Below are positions 34,501 to 39,980 of a DNA stretch of 39,980 bases, one piece after another. The stretch comes from a virus. Taxonomy: Duplodnaviria > Caudoviricetes. The number at the start of each line of letters is the position of its first letter. Position 1 is the stretch's first letter. The DNA lies in IMG/VR virus record IMGVR_UViG_3300011443_000031, positions 1-39,980 of that record, one strand, 5' to 3'. The translations under genes were made by a program, and so were the position numbers. Below the pieces are notes generated by a model. That model saw only the letters and a program-made list of their open reading frames with translations. It did not search any database and was not told the DNA's origin.

Positions 34501-36537
34501 TGGAATACCACCAAATGCATCGCCGATGGACGTGCCGAGGGTTTCGAAGTCGCCCTTGACTTCACCCATCTTCGTCTTCAGTTCTTCCCACTTGATCTTC
34601 AGATTCTCGCCAAGGGTAGTCAGCCATTCGAACTTTGCGCCGAGGTCGTCAAACGACCCCTTGACCGTGTTGACCTTACCCGAAATATCAGTATCAGTGA
34701 ACAACCCCGTAACTGTATCGAACCACCCACGAAGCTTCTCGAGGACCTCATCGAACTTACCTTTGATGTCGTCCATGCTGAACGAATCGAAGAACTTCTT
34801 CACCTTGTCTTTGACGTCACCAAGCTTCATGCCCAGTTGATTGGCAAATAAGAGAAAACCTTCCCCCTCATTTGTCGTCATTCCGGTAAAGCCGTCTCTG
34901 AAGAACGTAATGAAGTCGACGACCGTGTTCTTAACTTCGATGAACTTTGTCTGGACCTTCTCGATAAAATCACCGATAGAAACAGTCCACTTGTCGAAGA
35001 ACTCTTCGATTCCACCACCATCGACAAGCGCTCTACGAAGGTCTATGATCTTCTCAGCGAACCCAGCCAAGCCAGACAGTAAGCCTTCTCCGTTGCCTCT
35101 GAATCGGTCGAAGAGGTTGCCGAACATCTCCCAGAGGTTCTTGACAACTGTCCACCCGATTTCAATCGCGGAGAACAACCCCAAGAATATAGTCTTGACC
35201 GCCTTGATCGTCTGTGGCGATGGCTCCAACTCCCTGAGGAAGTTGCGAAGCTGAAGGGTCAAGAGATAGAGATCCATCCCACTTTGTCTTGGGAAGATCT
35301 CTCGGAACGCTTCTTTGATCGGCTTGAGAACCATCATCAAGTCGTTCATGGCGTACATCAGGGACTGAATAAGAAGGTTGCGACCGCCGAGATCCTTCCA
35401 GTCATCCAAGATGGCGTTGCGAGATTCAGAAGAGGCCTTTGCCATGTCGCCGAAGAACGTGTTCAATCCGGTGAACAGAACTCGAGCTTCTTCGAAGTCA
35501 CCAAATATCGTTCGGAAGGTCTGCGCCCATCCGGATCCAACAGTCTCCTTGAGCGTACCAAGCAACTGCGTGAACGTCTTGACTTTGGTCGCAGCGTCCT
35601 TGGCATCCTGACCCATCGCCTGAATTTCAGCTGCCTGAGCTTCGGTGTAGCCCATTGCCAGAAGCTGCGCTTCAGTTAAGTCTCCAGTGAATCCCTGAAG
35701 AGTTGCGGTCAATACCTCAGTGCTCAGCCAGTCTTGCTCGAGCGTAGCTGCGAATCCACCATTGGCTTTGGCCCACGATTCGAATGTGGTGTCCATACCA
35801 ATATCTTTGATTGCTCCCATTGCCTTGCCCGTTTCGAACAAAGCTTTCTGGAAGACTTCACCACCCATACCAGCGTTTCGGACCGAGATCCAGTCGATCA
35901 ATCGCACCTTGCCGCTAGCGAGAGCCTGTGAGAGCTGGTACATCGCCGAAGATGCCTGCTCGGCGCTTGAACCAGAAACCGCTGCCAAGTTGGCAATACC
36001 CTTAATCGCACCCACGGAGGTGTCAAGGTCCACACCTGCTGCAGTGAACGTACCAATGTTCCTAGCCATCTGCGAGAAGTTGTAGATGGTTTGGTCAGAA
36101 TATTGGTTCAACTGATCGAGCGCTGCATTGACGTCGTTCAACGTCGTGCCATCTGCCCTGGTGTTCGACATGATCGTCTGAATCGAGTTGATGTTGGTTT
36201 CGTATTCGTGGAAACCCGAAATGACCTGATCCAACGACAAGCTCTTGGCGATCTGAATGCCAGCGTCGACTGCTCGATTGACAACGTTCTGGAGCACCGT
36301 GAATGCAATTGCGCCCATCGCTGTGAACTTCTCGGAGATTCCTTCGACAGCGTGGGACATTCCGCTCAAATCAAACGACTTGCCAGCTTGTGAAAGATCT
36401 TCCATGCCTTTCTTAGACGCAGAGAAGTCAAGACTAGTCTTCAGCTTGTCCAAACTGCTAATAACGTCGGCAACCTTCTTCTCAAAGGCTGCACTGTCGA
36501 ATTGCATTTGTACAATACGATCGTCAGTACTAGGCAT
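31510..36537 (-). CDS. Tape measure protein
   Basis: 1675 aa; tape-measure domain (LNQYSDQTIYNF..M), Ala/Gly hydrophobic repeats and periodic Trp repeats. Confidence 0.95.
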   Translation of the reverse strand: MPSTDDRIVQMQFDSAAFEKKVADVISSLDKLKTSLDFSASKKGMEDLSQAGKSFDLSGMSHAVEGISEKFTAMGAIAFTVLQNVVNRAVDAGIQIAKSLSLDQVISGFHEYETNINSIQTIMSNTRADGTTLNDVNAALDQLNQYSDQTIYNFSQMARNIGTFTAAGVDLDTSVGAIKGIANLAAVSGSSAEQASSAMYQLSQALASGKVRLIDWISVRNAGMGGEVFQKALFETGKAMGAIKDIGMDTTFESWAKANGGFAATLEQDWLSTEVLTATLQGFTGDLTEAQLLAMGYTEAQAAEIQAMGQDAKDAATKVKTFTQLLGTLKETVGSGWAQTFRTIFGDFEEARVLFTGLNTFFGDMAKASSESRNAILDDWKDLGGRNLLIQSLMYAMNDLMMVLKPIKEAFREIFPRQSGMDLYLLTLQLRNFLRELEPSPQTIKAVKTIFLGLFSAIEIGWTVVKNLWEMFGNLFDRFRGNGEGLLSGLAGFAEKIIDLRRALVDGGGIEEFFDKWTVSIGDFIEKVQTKFIEVKNTVVDFITFFRDGFTGMTTNEGEGFLLFANQLGMKLGDVKDKVKKFFDSFSMDDIKGKFDEVLEKLRGWFDTVTGLFTDTDISGKVNTVKGSFDDLGAKFEWLTTLGENLKIKWEELKTKMGEVKGDFETLGTSIGDAFGGIPEKLGETFNTPEWDTLAKFGTGAAFAGVGLFFKQFFDLFKGASGFIKNASAVLKEVTDTLEAMQLKLKAEALLSIAKALALLTASIVILSLLDGEKLVSSMAAMAIGFGYLVTSLALLDKVITGPVGAAKLATLSGALVIIAGAMVVLAAAAAIFATLDWEELAKGIVGVGAMLVALSLASGPLSANSGGMIRAGIGIMAIAVAMNIMALAAKSFAEMNWEEMAQGLAGVGTSLLIVAGAMQLMPDGMLLKGLGMVALATALNIIALAVKSFAGMDWSDMGKGLAGVGASLLIIAGAMHLMPGNMILTGIGLLAIGVGLESMSVAIISLSGLDWNELARGLVGIAGTLVILAAAGLVMQGSIGGAIAIGIMALALSKLATGLKEFAKMKWGDLLKGLGGLALTLGVLAAAAFLMEPLIVPLLALGAALTVVGIAAVLFGTAIYLIATGLGNLAAMGSEGVAVLLEALNGFIQVLPEFIAALGEGLIEIVKRVVAALPEIIPGLSLALQAILQLVIDNIPLIMETLKTLILEGIALIRAVFPELVQLGFDMLMSLLNGIKDNIVEITNTVVDIITNFLDALGKKTPEIIDAVFMFIKDVISGVIEKLADAGEWLLPVGEDILGGLWDGIVAGAEAVWTWFLDLPGAILDLLLNVGDWLLDTGWDLLEGFFIGIGNYAPTVWNWFTSLPGTILGYFTDALTWLKNKGIHIIRGLLDGIKDFFEFVVNWFVDLPGKIGDFFLTAVDWLFDKGWDIIRGLFKGITDFWEGVVTWFQGMGGRIVGWLGDAGTFLLDIGKKIINGLWEGIKKAWEEVKDKILGIFNWVKDKVTGIFDIFSPSRWFMWVGEMMGAGLVIGIDHSAQPIGKAMDAMSRKVTDGFNPDTTSFNDTIRKMTEGLSNMDEFNPVITPVLDLSQVQNGSRNLAGLFKSGASLDVEMSTSQASILATRTRDEEISSDTIDTTGREVTFNQVINSPKALSTSDIYRNTRNQLTMAKEELTR

Positions 36538-36907
36538 GTCTCACCTTCTCCCACACTTCGTTGGCGATTTGGTCGAATATAGGACGGATAGCCGGATTGA
36601 TGTAATCTCTTCCCTCTACCCATCCACCAGTACCGGTACCATGACCGTACTGAAGTAGAATGGCGACAGGCTTCCCATCGACCACGTTCGTGTTGTACCA
36701 CTCAATTGAGTGCTTACCACGAATATGAACGATCTTGTACCGCCAGGATTCGGCAGTAAGTCTAGTATCGACCGGAGTCGCGTTAGAGAGCGCATCAACT
36801 CCTTGGAGTCCATACCTCTCTAGTTCTCGGAAAATCTCCCCCCGGGAAATTTTGCTTAGGAAGTTTTCAAGCTTACTGAAAGAGCCACTTGTTCTAATCG
36901 AGATCAT
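36530..36907 (-). CDS. HK97 gp10-like tail/neck protein
   Basis: ATPVDT..TAESW and LQYGHGT..GG.V.GRDYINPA. Confidence 0.8.
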   Translation of the reverse strand: MISIRTSGSFSKLENFLSKISRGEIFRELERYGLQGVDALSNATPVDTRLTAESWRYKIVHIRGKHSIEWYNTNVVDGKPVAILLQYGHGTGTGGWVEGRDYINPAIRPIFDQIANEVWEKVRHA

Positions 36908-36950
36908 CCCAGGCTCCTTTCAAAAGCGACTTCCATTTTGACGGTTTGGA

Positions 36951-37151
36951 TCAGGTCGCAGAGTTCTTACCTTCGGCGTCGGACTTCAACGCTTCTAGTT
37001 CTGCTCTGAGCGCGTCACGTTCGGTTGTGGCCTCTCGAAGCTCTCTGAGCAATTCGTCTTGCTGTGCTGCCAATTGATCTCGTTCCGCTTCGGCACTCAT
37101 CGCAGCAGATTCGATGCGATCGATGGCGGAAAGAAGTGTTGCTACGTTCAT
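36951..37151 (-). CDS. Small coiled-coil protein
   Basis: ATGA coupling; heptad pattern. Confidence 0.7.
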   Translation of the reverse strand: MNVATLLSAIDRIESAAMSAEAERDQLAAQQDELLRELREATTERDALRAELEALKSDAEGKNSAT

Positions 37152-39007
37152 GTGATGAGTCCTAAGTTTACGAGAGCAGCATGTACGCCAGCAGCAGTGA
37201 CTGCGACACTCGTCTGCTTAACGATTGGGTTTGTACCGTAGAAACCAATAGTGGTTCCGTCGTGATTGATTGCGCCATCGATTTCGATGTCAAGGAGAAG
37301 CAGGCCCGCTTGCGCATTATCAGCTCCGTTTCGAATCGACATAACACCAACTCCTTGACGCTTCATGATGATGTCGTACGCAGTATTACCTGGGCCAAAA
37401 CCAAGCCTATTAGACGTAAGGATCATTCGATCATTGGTGTCTGAGGTGTGGTATCCAGCAAACATGACAGTAGCACCGCTTGCGGCTTCAGCACGCATGT
37501 GGTCGTTGAGACCCATTGCCCAAGTATCTGCTGATTGGCGATAGAGAGTAACGTCGTTCTGCCCAATGTTACCAACACGAAGGCCGCCCTCGGCTGGAGT
37601 AGCAACGGTTGTTGTGGTCGGTCCAATAGCACCGATCGTAGTACGACTCGCATGGCCGAGCGCATCACTGAGATCCATTGCAGAAATACTACCATAAGCG
37701 CCGATTGCAGTGTGCCAGTTTCTCCTGCTGAGATGAACCTTAGCGTTGTCAGCAATCGTTTCGCCGTCGTGCGCACCGTTGTTCGTACACCCCGTGAACT
37801 GCCATTCGCCACTGATCGCTGAGAATCCGGTGTACCCGATCTCACGAGTTCCTCCAGATGTCTCAACTTCCAAGTAATACGTTGCGTCAGGGAATGCAGT
37901 TGTACTTGGAACTGGAAAACCTGATGGGTCACGGACCTTGAGGTTGGTGACAGGAAGTGTCTGAACCCCAAACCCTTCCGTAGTTGTGTTCATGTGCGTG
38001 ACGAAGAAGCGACGAAGTTTTGGATAATATGACGTCGGATCGATCATCTGCGTTCCGTAGAACAGCAGCATACCTTTCTCTGTCAATCGCAAATGCTTAC
38101 GGTCTGTAGACCAAGGACCAGGAGCGGTTGTCCCCCATTCCTGGGCGCCAGCAGCGTACACATGACCGTAGCCATCGAGCTTCTGATCGCCAACACCAGA
38201 GATCGACCAGTCAGCAGAACGGTTCTGAAGACCTGGACGACCGATGTCTGCCATGCCGTGAATACGACCGTAAATCGGACCAGACAGATACTTGTAGACA
38301 ACCGTCCCTTGCGCTACAGTAAATGCAGCACTACCTCGAAGAGATCCTGGGACATACGTCACACCCGTCAAAGCGTGCAGCGAATCGTTTCTTCCAGTAT
38401 ATGTCAGCTCTGCGAGATGGGTTCCTCCGGCTTGAACTTGAAGCGTTCCTGACGTTCGCCAAGCAGCACCAATCTGTCCAGGGTTGTCTGGGTCTTCACG
38501 CTCACCGTATCCACCATTGTCAGATACATCGTATCCTTCACGAAGGACCAACGTTGCGCCAGAAAGAGTTGTGATGTCAGCAATGTCATTCGCAATTGGC
38601 GCAAGAGCCATCTCGTCGACACGAAACACGCCTGATGCTCGAACGAAATATAGTTCGGAAATCTCATCAATACCGAACTGCTGAACATTGTTGTGGATGA
38701 CCGTTGCTGCCGGCTCTTGAGAGGTGTGCCTAGGGCGCATGAAGCCTTGGCCTCGTGGCCGCATAACCCCCATGTTTGTGAAATCACGTCCAATTGCAGT
38801 CTCACCGAAGGCGATGTTACCATCTGCATTGATGCTGATGATGGGGTTTTCGTCTGCGTCAAGAATTGTGATGGGCGCCGTATCGGGAAGAAATGGAAGC
38901 ATCGGCGCACTTGGCCCTTGTGGACCTGCGTTGATCACGCTGATAGAAGAAGTGGATGGGTCAACCACGATTTTCTGAGTCTGAGACAGAACTTTGATGT
39001 TGCTCAT
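37148..39007 (-). CDS. Minor tail / fibre-like structural protein
   Basis: 619 aa, Gly/Thr-rich; GPQGP; internal duplicated E..YTG....TG.T module. Confidence 0.7.
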   Translation of the reverse strand: MSNIKVLSQTQKIVVDPSTSSISVINAGPQGPSAPMLPFLPDTAPITILDADENPIISINADGNIAFGETAIGRDFTNMGVMRPRGQGFMRPRHTSQEPAATVIHNNVQQFGIDEISELYFVRASGVFRVDEMALAPIANDIADITTLSGATLVLREGYDVSDNGGYGEREDPDNPGQIGAAWRTSGTLQVQAGGTHLAELTYTGRNDSLHALTGVTYVPGSLRGSAAFTVAQGTVVYKYLSGPIYGRIHGMADIGRPGLQNRSADWSISGVGDQKLDGYGHVYAAGAQEWGTTAPGPWSTDRKHLRLTEKGMLLFYGTQMIDPTSYYPKLRRFFVTHMNTTTEGFGVQTLPVTNLKVRDPSGFPVPSTTAFPDATYYLEVETSGGTREIGYTGFSAISGEWQFTGCTNNGAHDGETIADNAKVHLSRRNWHTAIGAYGSISAMDLSDALGHASRTTIGAIGPTTTTVATPAEGGLRVGNIGQNDVTLYRQSADTWAMGLNDHMRAEAASGATVMFAGYHTSDTNDRMILTSNRLGFGPGNTAYDIIMKRQGVGVMSIRNGADNAQAGLLLLDIEIDGAINHDGTTIGFYGTNPIVKQTSVAVTAAGVHAALVNLGLIT

Positions 39008-39315
39008 GGAGTCACCACCTCTCTGAATTCCACTTCAACTGGCTTGTCGAATACAGCTACGGGCTCAGCATTCACAATACGCTTGATGTCCATAAGGCCC
39101 TTGGATTGAGTAATATCGGCAGTAACCGAGTTGTCAAGCGTAAGAATAAGCTCACCGTCACTACCATCACCATCAAACACCAAATCCCACTCAGCGATCA
39201 ACGTCCCTGATGGCGTGCGAATCTGACTGGTCAGCGTGTCGCCAGATACATCAAACCCGAGCGAAACCGTGATTGTGTTAGTCCGACCTTTGTGTACGAC
39301 AATCGTATTGTTCAC
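39004..39315 (-). CDS. Small structural (baseplate-associated-like) protein
   Basis: AGGAGG SD; beta-rich; G.MDIKR motif. Confidence 0.7.
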   Translation of the reverse strand: MNNTIVVHKGRTNTITVSLGFDVSGDTLTSQIRTPSGTLIAEWDLVFDGDGSDGELILTLDNSVTADITQSKGLMDIKRIVNAEPVAVFDKPVEVEFREVVTP

Positions 39316-39327
39316 GGGTTCCTCCTA

Positions 39328-39978
39328 TCAGAGTACTTTGATGATCTTGACGAAGGCAATATACGGCTGAAGAATGTTGAACGCCGTTCCAGAACCAGCG
39401 GAACCAGAAGCACCTGAATATGCGGGCAGATCGACGTCGTGCGCATGGTTTGCGCTCTGAATAGACGACGCACCGGCGTAAGACGGAACGTCAATGGCAT
39501 GTGTATGCCCCGCTTCGTCCGCAGTTGCTCCAGAAATGGTGTGAGTGTGACTCGAGTTGTTAACGCCGGTTGTTGAAATAACACCTGGCGCGGTAAAAAT
39601 CGTTGATGTGGCTGACGGATCCGCAACGTTTGTAAGCCCATCGGCCACCGCAAAATATTGACCAGTGCCGGTAGAGTGAGTGTGTTGAGCACTCTGATTC
39701 CCCGTGACCAAAGAGCCAACACCATGACTGTGCGCACTACCAGTACCAGACGAAAATGCGCCGTGATCGTGATCAATCCCATGGGTGTGGCTGGCAGACT
39801 GAATACCAGACGCAACAGAGCCGTGATCGTGGTTGATTGTGTGGGTGTGCCCCGGCAGTTCTGCGGTAACGAGGGTGTGCGTCTTCGCTCCACCGATCTC
39901 ACCAATCGGATCGAAGGCAGGATCGCCGCCATCGTACCCAACAGTGACTCGCCCTCTCGCATCTGGAAGGACCAGACT
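39328..39978 (-). CDS. Tail collar / fibre protein, 5'-truncated by the window edge
   Basis: Frame is open to the edge: LPDARGRVTVG...GGAKTHTL..AELPGHTH, HxH repeats, ending NILQPYI...IIK. Confidence 0.85.
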   Translation of the reverse strand, partial: SLVLPDARGRVTVGYDGGDPAFDPIGEIGGAKTHTLVTAELPGHTHTINHDHGSVASGIQSASHTHGIDHDHGAFSSGTGSAHSHGVGSLVTGNQSAQHTHSTGTGQYFAVADGLTNVADPSATSTIFTAPGVISTTGVNNSSHTHTISGATADEAGHTHAIDVPSYAGASSIQSANHAHDVDLPAYSGASGSAGSGTAFNILQPYIAFVKIIKVL

Positions 39979-39980
39979 CG

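Noticed and set aside
33164-34840. 558-aa plus-strand ORF
   Set aside because: Antisense shadow of the Ala/Gly-rich tape measure gene; low-complexity product with no recognisable motifs.
39312-39962. 216-aa ORF in the ORF track
   Set aside because: Wrong frame; the overlapping frame ending at 39328 carries the tail-collar motifs.

Overview
About 40 kb of a tailed dsDNA phage (siphovirus), with essentially all genes on the minus strand. The gene set and order resemble the actinobacteriophage clusters AM/AU/AW/BI/CC/DJ and Lactococcus 1706-like phages (recalled, not searched). In transcription order (right to left) the window holds: tail-fibre/collar genes, an HK97-gp10-like gene, tape measure, Dit-like and Gp37-like tail genes; a membrane/holin cluster; DUF6353-like genes; a 1243-aa helicase-primase-PolB fusion and an SSB; a long run of small accessory genes; an SF2 helicase, a palindromic origin-like element and three nucleases (HNH, VRR-NUC, PD-(D/E)XK); then an 887-aa protein and a probable cos end near 151-159. 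The most notable unexplained biology is a possible phage-specific transcription and RNA system. The 887-aa protein carries two-barrel RNA polymerase motifs (GADFDGD) plus three HTHs. Ten copies of a non-canonical promoter-like motif (TCGYA-N14-TRKAAT/TAGTAT) head small promoter-ORF-terminator cassettes. Two of these motifs head identical-length 54-nt hairpin elements rather than ORFs, one close to an Sm/Hfq-like gene. A roughly 480-nt ORF-free, heavily base-paired region (15329-15804) looks like a large structured ncRNA. No integrase, tRNA or CRISPR array was seen. All family calls are by-eye motif recognition; no searches were run.
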